Source of the DNA: Lingula anatina
Taxonomy: Eukaryota; Animalia; Brachiopoda
NCBI GenBank assembly: GCA_051362555.1
Contig: CM120640.1
Coordinates: 67,620,788-67,684,787, forward strand
DNA: 64,000 nt
Direction of reading: 5' to 3'
The translations under genes were made by a program, and so were the position numbers. Of the stretch, positions 1-13,329 are shown piece by piece. Under the pieces are notes generated by a model. That model ran no database searches. It had not been told where the DNA came from and worked only from the letters and a program-made list of their open reading frames with translations. The number at the start of each line of letters is the position of its first letter. Within the stretch, counting starts at the first letter, position 1.

Positions 1-2063
1 AGTTTCTTCTCCAAAAAGGACAACTCAAGTGAGAATTTCTTCAGGGCCTTTTCTTCTGCCTTGCTAATGCCATGCCACTCAGAAAAGAGAGAAACCTGTA
101 GGTTAGAAAAAAAAACATAATTATAGCATTATGAACTACTAGTATCCATGTAGACATTATGGAATTATACAGTGAAGTTTAATGTGTCTTGTTATGACTT
201 GACTGAAATAATGTTCACCACATAAATGAACAATTTACAACTAAATTTATATAGAACATCAAGATTCATGATCACAAGCTAATAAACCCAAGAAATTGAA
301 AGAAATTGTACTTATTACAAGAAATTATTTAAATCCGCCCTGGTCCCTACTCTTCTGACAGGACAAAAAGGGGATTTCAGAGAGGCTGGTTGCTAAAAGG
401 AAAATGCCCAAGGTTGTTGTATTTTGAAAAAAAAAATTAAAAAGGGTACTGTTGTTAGTGAATGTTTACTGCATCTTAGGCATTATGACAAAAGTAACTT
501 ACCCCAGACACACTGACCTCCTTTTTTCATTGACATATTTTAATTTTTTCCAGCCTGACCATAATTCATATATTCAATGCAGCCTTCTCCCATATCTATA
601 ATAGAAAAAAAATTGAGTAGTGTTAAGATATGCATGTCAAATTCATTATCAATTTTGAGAGAATTTGTTTCAACACTACAAGATGAAATATTTAATTTCA
701 AGTAATGAATAAACCTTAATAGAGTTCTATTCTTTTGTAACCACCAAGGCAAAGCTTCTTTCTTAAAATGAACTGAAACATCCAAGCTTGTCACCTAACA
801 TGCCAAAGTAGTGAAGTATAATTTAAGTAGAGAAGCAAGTACCCCTTAATTATAGAGGTGTCTTACACAATAAGGTGTGTCTTACACACCTCGACTCAAA
901 GAGAGATGTGTAGTGAGATAACAGGTAAAGTAATTGGTGGAGCCTAGGTGAACTTAAAACCCCAAGACTTTAAATTAAGAAGCACCAGGATTCATGTGTG
1001 TTCTTTTTTCAAAGGTTTAATATGAATTAAAACATATATATGTAAAAAGAAGACTAAATAAGTTAAAAATAACTATACCAAAGACACTGTGAAGTCAAAC
1101 TTCCTGTTAGACCGCCATGATGGAAAATGCTGGGTGGAGGCAAAATTTTCCAGTCAAAAAAACTGAGCACTTTACTTTAACAACAAAGTTACCACTCCAA
1201 AGCCACCCACCATGGTGAGAAGAAAAATGATGACCAACTGTCATGATAAGTCTTTTTAGATTTAGACATGAAAAAGGTAACGGCCAAAATGGTACATTTA
1301 CCCATAACACTAGAGTAAAAAATTGGTATTCTGAACAAATCGGGTTATTTTTTTCAAGAAATATTGGAGCAGTATCCATGCAATATATACCACGCCACGA
1401 CCAAGATGTTCAAGAATCTAAACACACCAAATTTTTTTATAATCTTGCATTTGAAAAGTACAAAAAGCGGTAAGGCTTTTGGCCGTAACAAGCGTAACAC
1501 TTTTTGATCGGAACTCATGAAAATTGTCAATTGTCGTATCCAAGCTAGACCACATGTAAAATCGCAAAAAAAAAACAATACTGCTCAAGCAAGTGTGTTG
1601 CACACATAACAATTAGTTAAATTTTATGACTGTCATGTGACACAAGTTTCAAAAAGTAGGAGGAAAATGTCTTTTGGAGTAATTTTTTTTTCGAAATATT
1701 AACAAGATGGCGGCTTAAGCATCTGCTTGTTCTTCGGCTACTGAAAGTGCACCTAAGTTTTATTCTTTGCTATTGCCACAAATTACTTAACAATTGCAAC
1801 TGTATAAAGACCAAACTTTCTTCATCTGATACTATATTTATAGGCACTTGTTATGAGTGGGAAATATTTTTCGTGCAATATTTATTCTCCACACACCACC
1901 TCGCGAGATCAACGTGTAGCTGGACACTTACACAGTGAGACCCTACGACATAAAAGTTGCAATTTATCTTCATATTTCGTGTAGTTATGCATTTAAAAGC
2001 ACTTACCTGTTTTTTGAAAACCTTGTCCAACGTAATATCATATAAATTCTGTATTTCTCTCAT
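1..2063 (-). pseudogene. Possible spliced gene remnant of unknown family (candidate exons 2007-2063, ~503-594, <1-95)
   Basis: On the minus strand, MREIQNLYDITLDKVFKKQ ends at a perfect CAG|GTAAGT donor (2007/2006). There is a GG|GTAAGT donor at 503/502 and a pyrimidine-tract CTACAG acceptor at 96/95 with open frame VSLFSEWHGISKAEEKALKKFSLELSFLEKK. The middle exon has stops in all frames and phases do not join cleanly. Confidence 0.3.
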
Positions 2064-2279
2064 TTTTTAGAAACTTGGGACTCCGTTTCTGTTTCTGTCC
2101 TCAAAAATCAACAGACGAAGGCACAGATACTAACAAACGAGATTTAAACGAGAGTAGCAATTAAGCGTAACAGAGATAGGCAGCCATTGTTCTCTGGGTT
2201 CTATTCATTCCGACCAATGAGAGACCGTAATACGGGCTCCGCCCCCACGCGTGTAATCTCCTTCTGTTATAACTCCTTG

Positions 2280-2312
2280 GTTTAATATAAGGTTTAGTGT
2301 AGCCTATTCTAC

Positions 2313-2356
<44 letters not shown>

Positions 2357-2528
2357 CCCCTATATTGATCTTTATTGAGTAGTACATGTACTTTCCCTGC
2401 TTTAGTCTAGACATTATATAATGTATATCAAACTGTATATGGTAATCACTCTGCGGATTACTTCTTGTATTTGTATTTGATCATGCCCGGATGTAGGGCG
2501 ATAGTCAATAAACTTCTGATTCTGATTC
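2280..2528 (+). mobile_element. Probable 3' end of a LINE (CR1/L2-like) or its SINE partner
   Basis: T-rich UTR-like tract, short stem-loop GCCC-ggatgta-GGGC, then AATAAA followed by a short tandem tail (CTGATT)2. Confidence 0.4.
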
Positions 2529-3073
2529 ATTGTCCGATGCAGTACATAGTACTGTCCACTACAAGTCGTGATAAAATATTCAGTAGAGGACAGATATAAA
2601 AGTTATGTGACAAGATTATTCTTGACATATATCTTATCGGATCCGTAAAACTATTTTATAAAAATAATGTAACAATCTCATGAACGCACCTGTGAAACTT
2701 TAATTTCCTGGTGTACATACGGAGTTAAAAAATCCGCTTTTTTCATTGGCTCACAAAAATCACGAGATATGCTTCCTCCCACCACTGGTGCTGCATGTAG
2801 TGGTGCGAATTGGCAAATGGCCGTCTATTTCCGCTCGAGTGCATGCGTATAAGAAATGGGCATCTCAAAATTTACTTAGCTTGTTAAGAAGTACAGGATA
2901 AATAACAAGCTTGTCAGTAAGTATGGCGTCATAGTCTAGTTATGGACATGTCATGTAATACAGTAGGGCACATACTGTCAGGATTTAGGGTTGCACTAAG
3001 ATGAGAAATACTAAACGTTTAACCACTCCTGACTTTCCTTTTTTCAGAGACCAGATTTCCAAGATTATTTTCA

Positions 3074-5947
3074 TTTTTATGTACAGACACAGATGTGTCT
3101 GTACATATTGCCATCACCTGCGTCTGTCGTCGCCGTCGTCGCCGATGCCGATGGCGATGCCGTCGCCGTGCACTTTCACTGTAAACACGATAAGTGGAAC
3201 ACAGTTTTATTTTTTGGTTTTATATTTACAGAGCTGATGAATATTCATAAAACGCAGGTCAAGTTCGAAAATCAGCATGATCGGGCCATTATTGTAGAAG
3301 TTATGCTGTTTTTTCACTTTTCAGCATATATGCAACCCTGTAAACACATTTTAAGGAAAACCGTTAGGCCTGTTGTCATGAAACTCAGAGAAGTAATCAA
3401 TCTTTTTAAAACGCAGGTCAAGTCCGAAAATGGGCATGATCGGGCCACTATTTTAGTAGTTATGCTGTTTTTTCTATTTTTCAGCATATGTGCAACACTG
3501 TAAACACAATTTAAGAAAAACAGATGGGCCAATTGTCATTAAACTCACAGGAGTGGTCAATCTTACTAAAACGCAGGTTGAGTTCGAAAATCAGCATAAT
3601 CGGGCCATTATTTTAGAAGTTATGCTGTTTTTTCACATTTCCTCAGATTCAATTCTTAGGCATGTTAACAGTCTTATTATTTTACTAATAAGATACATTA
3701 AAGTGTTTGTTTGACATTTCCTGCATCTTGACAACATTGTTAGTAGATTATGTAAAAATGATGGTAAACTTGTTATCGTGTATTGTGTAATAAAGTGTCA
3801 AAAATGGAAATAAACTCATATCATTGCAGTTTGTCAGATTCAATCATTCACTATGTTCAGAATCTCAGAATGGAGGAAATTGGACATTTAACACTATTCT
3901 ATTGATATTTTCCCATCTCATCAATTATCTTAGTTGATGCTATAAAAATGGCAGTAAACTGTTTATTTTGTTTTATGTTAAAAAAAGTGTTAAAAATGGA
4001 AATAAACCCATGTCAGAACAGTGCTGTCTTGTTTCACATTTCCTCAGATTCAATTCTTAGGCATGTTAACAGTCTTATTATTTAACTAATAAGACATGTA
4101 AAAGTGTTTGGTTGACATTTCCTGCATCTTACAACATTATTAGTTGATTATGTAAAAATGATGGTAAACTTGTTATCTTGTATTGTGTAATAAAGTTTCA
4201 AAAATGGAAACAAACTCATATCATTGCAGTTTGTCAGATTTAATCATTCACTATGTTCAGAATCTCAGAATGGAGGAAATTGGACATTTAACACTGTTGT
4301 ATTGATATTTTTCCCATCTCATCAATTTTCTTAGTTGATCGTATAAAAATGGCAGTAACCTGTTAATTTTGTTTTATGTTTAAAAAATTGTTAAAAATGG
4401 AAAAAAAAAACATTTCAGAACAGTGCTGTCTTGTTTAAATTTTGGCATTTTCAAGTTGTGACTTTGAAGTTCCATGGGCCTGAAGACCTTTGCTAGTCAC
4501 ATTTTCTGAATATCCATGATACTAATATTTTATTATTAGAAATTGATGGTCATTATGCTGTTAAACATTATGTAATATTGCATCAAAATTTGAAAAAAAT
4601 CTATTTTGGGCACTGCTCCCATGATGAGCATTTAAGAAAAACCATGTCACTTACTGTTCTCAAACAGTACAGTAAATATGTACAGATGTGTCTGTACATA
4701 TTGCCATCACCTGCGTCTGTCGTCGCCGTCGTCACTGTCGCTGGTGCCGTGCACTTTCATTGTAAACACGATAAGTGGAAGGCAATTTTACTTTTTGACT
4801 GTATATTTACAGAGCTGATGAATATTCATAAAATGCAGATCAAGTTCGAAAATCAGCATGATCGGGCCACTATTTTAGTAGTTATGCTGTTTTTTCATTT
4901 TTCAGCATATATGCAACACTGTAAACACAATATAAGAAAAACAGGCCAATTGTCATTAAACTCACAGGAGTGGTCATTCCTGCTAAAACGCAGGTTGAGT
5001 TAAAAAAAACAGCATAATCGGGCCATTATTTTAAAAAAATGCCGTTTTTTCACATTTCCTCAGATTCAATTCTTAGGCATGTTAGCAGTTTCATTATTTA
5101 ATTAATAAGATACGTAAAAGTGTTTGTTTGGCATTTCCTGCATCTTTACAACATTATTAGTTGATTATGTAAAAATGATGGTAAACTTGTTATCATGTAT
5201 TGTGTAATAAAGTTTCAAAAATGGAAATAAACTCATATCATTGCAGTTTGTCAGATTCAATCATTCACTATGTTCAGAATCTCAGAATGGAAGAAATTGG
5301 ACATTTAACACTGCTCTATTGATATTTTCCCCATCTCATCAATTTTCTTAGTTGATCATATAAAAACGGCAGTAAACTGTTAATTTTGTGTTATGTTAAA
5401 AATTATAAAAAATAAAAAAAAAAAACATTTCAGAACAGTGCTGTCTTGTTTACATTTTGGCATTTTCAAGTTGTGACTTGAAGTTCCATGGGCCTGAAGA
5501 CCTTTGCTAGTCACATTTTCTGAATATCCATAATACTAATATTTTATTATTAAAATTGATGGTCATTATGCTGTTAAACATTATGTAATATTGCATCAAA
5601 ATTTGAAAAAAAGTATTTTGGGCACTGCTGCCATGAGGACCATTATGGGAAAATCATGTTACTTATGATTGCCTTACTTTCAATAAAAGAAATACAGGAC
5701 TTAAATGCAGCCTGAGTTGGAAAAGCAGTCTAATTGGCTTCTTTTTCTGGAAGTTATACATATACAAAGTGTGAACTTGTTACACATTTTACTTACATTG
5801 GTATTACCTGTTGAGCATAATTAGAATTTGATGTTGAATTTGCAGTTTAACATAATGTACTTTTGCATCAGAATTGACAGTAGCCTATTTTGTGCATAGT
5901 TATTTCCTGTTTTTTGTCTGTACATTTGACAGCTTTGCTGCCTTGTT
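3074..5947 (+). mobile_element. HINE-1 copy (non-autonomous Helentron-like element) with an internal variant head at ~4675
   Basis: 5' TTTT-TATGTACAGACACA-GA-TGTGTCTGTACATA hairpin, GTC/GCC microsatellite, GGTCAAGTTCGAAAA-containing repeats, 3' TGTCTGTACAT-TTGA-CAGCtttGCTG-CCTTGTT. Confidence 0.9.
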
Positions 5948-6032
5948 TCAATATTTTCTAAAAAGCTTTTTCACATTATTTTTATATCAGTTTTTTTCTC
6001 TACCAAGTAACTAAAATATACCTTCATGGTTC

Positions 6033-9001
6033 TTTTTATGTACAGACACAGATGTGTCTGTACATATTGCCATCACCTGCGTCTGTCGTCGCCGATGGCG
6101 ATGCCGATGCCGGCGCCGTGCACTTTCCTTGTAAACACGATAAGTGGAGGGCAGTTTTACTTTTTGGCTTTATATTTACAGAGCTGATGAATATTCATAA
6201 AACGCAGGTCAAGTTCGAAAATCAGCATGATCGGGCCATTATTGTAGAAGTTATGCTGTTTTTTCACTTTTCAGCATATTTTTCACATTTCCTCAGATTC
6301 AATTCTTAGGCATGTTAACAGTCTCATTATTAAACTAATAAGATACGTAAAAGTGTTTGTTTGACATTTCCTGCATCTTTACAACATTGTTAGTTGATTT
6401 TGTAAAAATGATGGTAAACTTGTTATCGTGTATTGTGTAATAAAGTTTCAAAAATGGAAATAAACTCATATCATTGCAGTTTGTCAGATTGAATCATTCA
6501 CTATGTTCAGAATCTCAGAATGGAAGAAATTGGACATTTAACACTGCTCTGTTGATATTTTTCCCATCTCATCAATTTTCTTAGTTGATAATATAAAAAT
6601 GGCAGTAAACTGTTAATTTTGTTTTATGTTAAAAATTGTTAAAAATGGAAAAAAAAAACATTTCAGAACAGTGCTGTCTTGTTTACATTTTGGCATTTTC
6701 AAGTTGTGACTTTGAAGTTCCATGGGCCTGAAGACCTTTGCTAGTCACATTTTCTGAATATCCATGATACTAATATTTTATTTTTAAAAATTGATGGTCA
6801 TCATGCTGTTAAACATTATGTAATATTGCATCAAAATTTGAAAAAAACCTATTTTGGGCACTGCTCCCATGATGACCATTTAAGGTAGATCGGTCGTTAC
6901 GTAATTTGACGATTTGCACAATTTCAGCGCATCGTCAATCGTCTCTAACGACACTTCAGTCTGTTTTATCAATTTGAGGAAATAAAACAATTATCTATAA
7001 AATAAACACACATTATCAACTTGTATGTAACTCTGTATGATCGATACAGATTTTCAACAACGTTTGTCGACTATGATTCGATCCATACGACAACTGTAGC
7101 ACGTTCATAGACTTCCCCTTCAAGAAATCGTCGGAATAGCTCCTTTTCCAATTTGAATTGGCACTAGAAAATGTATGACAGCTAAAGCTCACAAATTATG
7201 CACGTAGGTGCTATATCATGTAAAGAATAAGTGTTGTAAATTCCAATCAAAGCGGCTGCGTACATTTTGAGGTAGAATGCCCTGAATGTGCTGCATACCG
7301 TAGCTTAGATTTCGACGAAAACCGGAAGTGCGTCGTAACGCCACTCATTTGGATGTAGAGAAATTTGGACTGAGAAATATTTCGTAGCTTATACAAATGT
7401 TCAGAAAATGGCCATACAGCTTGAAGAAAATTCACTAATCAAAATTGAAACTGTGTTATATTATACAGAAAAATTGTGCATTTCTGACCTTGACTTGTCA
7501 GTGTAAACAAAGTGTACTGAACGCACCGCAAGCGAGCACGTGAATGCCGCATTTGATACTTTGTATCAGACGCTTCATTTTACTTGACAACACAGTGTTT
7601 ATGATGTCACGTTCATGTTATATTCATTAATAAATAACAACGACAATAAACTATTTTCATATGCATGAGTATTTCCCTTATTACTCTCTTCAATAATTTT
7701 GTTGTAAAGTTAATGACTTACACCTCATCAGTATGACAAATCTGAAAATAGCTGAGTATACTCACTTCAACTGTTAAACACAATGAAAGTTTTAAATGTA
7801 CTTAGATGTCTCTCCACACACACACACAAAAAAAAGAAATCATAAAAAATAACGATTTAGTGAAAAAAAAACACCCATTTTCCCACTGACCCCCAACTTT
7901 TTTGGAAAAATTAAAATCTACTTGGATGCCTCTTTACACAAAAGGTTTTTTTAAAAAAATTCAAACGTCAGAAAGTCATAAAAATAATGCTTTAGTGAAA
8001 AAACACCCATTTTCCCATTGATTTGAATGGGGACTAGTGCGTCACGCAGGGTGTAATGCATATAAAAATGGCAGTTAACTGTTAATTTTGTTTTATGTTA
8101 AAAATTGTTAAAAATGGAAATAAACCCATTTCAGAACAGTGCTGTCTTGTTTACATTTTGGCATTTTCAAGTTGTGGCTTTGAAGTTCCATGGGCCTGAA
8201 GACCTTTGCTAGTCACATTTTCTGAATATCCATGATACTAATATTTTATTCTTAAAAATTGATGGTCATTATGCTGTTAAACATCATGTAATATTGCATC
8301 AAAATTTGAAAAAAAAAAACTATTTTGGGCACTGCTCCCATGATGACCATTTAAGAAAAACCATGTCACTTACTGTTCTCAAACAGTACAGTAAATATGT
8401 ACAGATGTGTCTGTACATATTGCCATCACCTGCGTCTGTCGTCGCCGTCATCGCTGTTGCCGGCACCTTGCACTTTCATTGTAAACACGATAAGTGGAAG
8501 GCAGTTTTACTTTTGGGCTTTATATTTAAAGAGCTGATGAATATTCATAAAACGCAGGTCAAGTTCGAAAATCAGGATGATCGGGCCATTATTGTAGAAG
8601 TTATGCTTTTTTCTTTCACTTTTCAACATATATGCAACACTGTAAACACATTTCAAGGAAAACCGATAGGCCTGTTGTCGTGAAACTCTCAGGAGTAATC
8701 GATCTTACTAAAACGGAGGTCAAGTTCGAAAATTGGCATACAGCCTGAGTTGGAAAAGCAGTCTAATTGGCTTCTTTTTCTGGAAGTTGTACTTTTTCAA
8801 AGTGTGAACTTGAACTCTCATGGGCCTGAAGCCTTATGCTTGTTACACATTTTACTTTCATTGGTATTACCTGTTGAGCATAATTAAAATTTGATATTGA
8901 ATTTACAGTTTAACTTTTGCATCAGAATTGACAGTAGCCTATTTTGTGCATAGTTATTTCCTGCTTTTTGTCTGTACATTTGACAGCTTTGCTGCCTTGT
9001 T
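6033..9001 (+). mobile_element. HINE-1 copy, interrupted at 6884-8058, with an internal variant head at ~8394
   Basis: Same head and tail as 3074-5947. The body is homologous with internal deletions. Confidence 0.9.
6884..8058. mobile_element. Unrelated insert, possibly a truncated Kolobok-like element
   Basis: Starts immediately after TTAA with GGTAGATC. It is non-HINE sequence with an internal degenerate duplication (~7795-8020). No matching right TIR or second TTAA was found. Confidence 0.4.
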
Positions 9002-9032
9002 TAATTCTTTTTGTTAATTAATGAAGTCGAAA

Positions 9033-9226
9033 CCCAGATAGCATGTCGCCGGTAGGCCGACGTTGGGCCGCCGACTCCAACTACGTCGGCCCACCAGCTA
9101 CTGTCGCCGGTGGGCCTACGTTGGCCTGACCATCGGTCCAACGTTGGCCCACCAGTGACATACAGCTTGAGCGGCCCAACGTCGGCCCACCGGCGACAAG
9201 TAGCTGGTGGGCCGACGTAGGTCCAC
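9033..9226. mobile_element. CACTA/EnSpm-like terminus with palindromic subterminal repeats
   Basis: CCCAGATAGCA start, followed by GC-rich reiterated GGCCCACC/CCAACGTCGG motifs in both orientations. There is a ~46-bp inverted repeat at 9081-9126 vs 9173-9220. Confidence 0.6.
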
Positions 9227-9373
9227 TGCTTTTATCTATTTTTTATTTTCTTTATTATTCATTAACTCATTGATTTATTAATTTTTATGTACAGACACAG
9301 ATGTGTCTGTACATATAGCCATCATCTGCGTCTGTCGTCGCCGTCGCCGTCGCCGTCGTCGCCGTGCACTCTT

Positions 9374-10180
9374 ACCGATAACACGATAAGTGGAAAACTG
9401 TTTTTTCTTTTGGCTTGAAACTTGCAGAACTGATGAATATTCGTAATACACAGGTCAAGTTCGAAAATCAGCATGATCGGGTCACTTATAGGGAATTTAT
9501 GCTGTTTTTTCACTTTTTTCAGCATATATGCAGCACCGATAACACGATAAGTGGAAAATCATTTTACTTTTTGGCTTGAAACTTACAGAACTGATGAATA
9601 TTCATAATACGCAGGTCAAGTTCGAAAATCAGCATGATCGGGTCACTTATAGGGAATTTATGCTGTTTTTTCACTTTTTTCAGCATATATGCAGCACCGA
9701 TAACACGATAAGTGGAAAATCATTTTACCTTTTGGCTTGAAACTTACAGAACTGATGAATATTCATAATTCGCAGGTCAAGTTCGAAAATCAGCATGATC
9801 GGGTCACTTATAGGGAATTTATGCTGTTTTTTCACTTTTTTCAGCATATATGCAGCACCGATAACACGATAAGTGGAAAACCATTTTACCTTTTGGCTTG
9901 AAACTTACAGAACTGATGAATATTCATAATACGCGGGTCAAGTTCGAAAATCAGCATGATTGGGTCATTTTTAGTGAATTTAGGCTATTTTTTCTCTTTT
10001 TTCAGCATATATGCAGCACCGATAACACCATAAATGGAAAACCATTTTACCTTTTGGCTTGAAACATACAAAACTGATGAATATTCAAAATACGCAGGTC
10101 AAGTTTGAAAATCAGCATGATCGGGCCATTTTTAGGGATGTTATGCTGTTTTTTCACTTCTTTCAACATATATGCAACGC
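9374..10180 (+). repeat. 161-bp satellite-like tandem array inside HINE-1
   Basis: The ACCGATAACAC anchor recurs at exact 161-bp spacing five times. A second run lies at ~10715-11210. Confidence 0.95.
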
Positions 10181-12714
10181 TAATAACACAATATAAGAAA
10201 AACAGATAGGCCAATTGTCATTATACTCACAGGAGTAGTCAAACTAACTAAAACGCAGGTTGAGTTCCAAAATCAGCATAATCGGGCCATTCTTTTAGAA
10301 GTTATGCTGTTTTTTCACATTTCCTCAGATTCAATTGTTAGGCATATTAACAGTCTCATTATTGAACTAATAAGATATGTAAAAGTGTTTGTTTGACATT
10401 TCCTGCATCTTAATAACATTGTTAGTTAATTATGTGAAAATGATGGTAAACTTTTTATTGTGTATTATGTTATAAAGTGTCAAAAATGGAAATAAATATC
10501 ATTGCAGTTTGTCAGATTCAATCATGTACTATATTCATTATCTCAGAATGGAGGAAATAGGACATTTAACACTGTTCTATTGATATTTTTCCCATCTCAT
10601 CAATTTTCTTAGTTGATCATATACAAATGGTAGAAAACTGTTTATTTTGTTTTATGTTAAAAAAGTGTTTTAAAAATGGAAGTAAATCCATTGCAGAACA
10701 GTGCTGTCTTGTTTCAGCATATATGCAGCACCGATAACACGATAAGTGGAAAACCATTTTAACTTTTCCCTTGAAACTTACAAAACTGATGAATATTCAT
10801 AATACGCAGGTCAAGTTTGAAAATCAGCATGATCGGGTCATTTTTAGGGAAGTTATGCTGTTTTTCACTTTTTTCACCATATATGCAACACTGATAACAT
10901 GATAAGTGAAAAATCATTTTACCTTTTGACTTGAAACTTGCAGAACTAATGAATATTCATATTACGCAGGTCAAGTTTGAAAATCAGTATGATTGGGTCA
11001 TTTTTAGGGAAGTTATGATGTTTTTCACTTTTTTCAGCATGTATGCAACACTGATAACATGATAAGTGGAAAACCATTTTACCTTTTGGTTTGAAACTTG
11101 CAGAACTAATGAATATTCATAATACGCAGGTCAAGTTTGAAAATCAGCATCATCGGGTCATTTTTAGGGAAGTAATGCTGTTTTTTCACTTTTTTCAGCA
11201 TGTATGCAACACCTTTGTGCTATATGATGGTACTGTATGGATGACAGTCTATAAAATTGTCCCTTGGGTGATCACTAATTAAATTAAGGTCTATGAAGTC
11301 ACTTGCCTACTCATTAATTTTCAATTGGCCATTAAATGAGATTACATAAAACACTCCTTGAGATTTCCCTGTAAAGTCCCATAGGTTTAGCTCTCTTAAC
11401 TGTGTCACAAAATTAGGATTTGGTGATAATTGTGCAGATAAATGGTGTTTAACATTGCAAATAAATTTACAACAAAAAGAATGTGTTATGCCAACATGCT
11501 ATAGATGAATAAGAGTGCTTTATTTTTCTCAAACTTGGTGGGGTTATTAATATCAAGTTAATGCAGCTAGATTAAAAGTTTGAATAGCAGCTTTATTGGA
11601 ATTTTTTACGTTTTATTTAAAATTTTTTTAAAATTATTTTTCAAACACAAGCATCTTCAAGATGTGATTTTATACTCCCATCCACCAGAAGTGCTGTGCA
11701 TTTTCTGTATTTTTGTATATAATTGTTATTTCTTCAGACTTAATTCTTAGGCATGTTAACAGTCTCATTATGGAACTAATAAGATATGTAAAAGTGTTGT
11801 TTTGACATTTTCTGCTTCTTAACAATATTGTTTGTTGATTATATAAAAATGACGGTAAACCTGTTATAATATTGTGCATTGTGTAATAAAGTATCATAAA
11901 TGGAAAGGAACACATCATTGCAGTTTGTCAGATTTAATCATTCACTATGTTCAGCATCTGCAAATGGAGCAAATTGGACATTGAAAATTGTTCTATTGCT
12001 ATTTTTCCTATGTCAACAATTTTCCTAGTTGAACATTTAAAAATGACAGTTTATTGATCATTTTGTTTTAAATAAGGTGTTGAAAATGGAAAGAAAATCA
12101 TTTCAGTACAGTTATCTCTTGTTTACATTTTGGCATTTTGAAAGTGTGACTCTGAACTTCCATGGCCTTGAAGACCTTCCCAAATCACATTTTCTGAATA
12201 TTCATGATACTTTTATTTTTTTATATAAAATTTGATGGTCATTATGCTGTTAAGTATTATGTTTTATTGCATGAAAGTTGAAGAAAACCCTATTTTGGAC
12301 ACTGCTGTCAGGATAGCGATTAAGGGAAAACCATGTTACTTACGATACTGAAACTTAGTGAAAAGTTTCATAAGACAGAAGTGCGCAGCTTGTGTTTGAA
12401 TACCAGTGTGATTGTTTTCTGTTATGGAGGCAATGCAGGTTTATAGAGTGCTATACTGGCATTTTCAAGTTGTGACTTATCACTCCCATCTGCCAGGAGC
12501 CCTGTACTCTTACTTTGTAACATTTTCTGTATTTTGTTAAGTTACAAGAATGATTCTTAGGATTGACATACAGCCCCCCCCAAAAAATTAATAATAATAT
12601 ATATATATATATATTTTTTTTTTTATGAGTTTAAGCAATTTTTTTTGTGTGTAATTTTCACTGTACATCATTCTGGCATTTCCAAAGTTTAACTCTTATC
12701 AGCCTGACACCTTA

Positions 12715-12933
12715 GGGACTATTTCCAGACCCTATCACGCTAACTGTGGATCGATCTATCTCCATGGGAATTCTCGCTAAATTGCAATCAATGTAAGTGG
12801 CTTAGTTGTCTGTCACGCCTACTGAAACTGGCATGCCAGAATCCTAAGACTCTCAAACTGAAAGCAATTTAGTGAGAAACCCCTTGGAGTTGCATTGATC
12901 CTGTTAGATTGATCTAGGTATGGGAACTTAGGC
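12715..12933. mobile_element. ~220-bp PIF/Harbinger-like MITE carried inside HINE-1
   Basis: Interrupts the host motif CCTTA|TGCTTG, with TTA/TAA flanks and degenerate TIRs. The same insert is at 25649-25865 and a related free element is at 49752-49966. Confidence 0.55.
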
Positions 12934-13329
12934 TAATGCTTGATACACATTTTACTTTCATCCTAATCCAATGTTATGCAGAATAAGAATTTGATGTTGG
13001 CTATGCAGTTACAGTAAGCATAATACATTAGTTCATCAGAATTGACAGTATCCTATTTCCTGCGTTTTTATTTTCTGGTTTTTGTCTGTACATTTGACAG
13101 CTTTGCTGCCTTGTTTGATAATTATATTATCATTATTATTGTCATATGCAATAGACAAAACACAATGTAATATTTCAAGAGTGTTTATTCTTCTGTAATA
13201 TTTCTTCCTTAAAATACAACAACGTGGCAAGTTATAATGGACCTGGAGATAATATTAAAAAAAAAACCCCATAAATTCTATTCCTAAAGTATAGAAAACA
13301 TAGGTAATCTTCCACTATGAGATATGGCC

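Larger units (their letters stand above)
9282..13115 (+). mobile_element. HINE-1 copy (subfamily carrying a Harbinger-like MITE)
   Basis: Complete head and tail, with 161-bp monomers starting at 9374, 9535, 9696, 9857 and 10018. Confidence 0.92.

Noticed and set aside
1107-1718. Possible TIR pair TTAGACCGCCAT / ATGGCGGCTTAA
   Set aside because: The match is short, built on the common GCCGCCAT motif, and has no convincing TSD.
9374-10180. Regularly spaced repeats resembling a CRISPR array
   Set aside because: Whole 161-bp units repeat with no unique spacers, there are no cas genes, and the context is eukaryotic.
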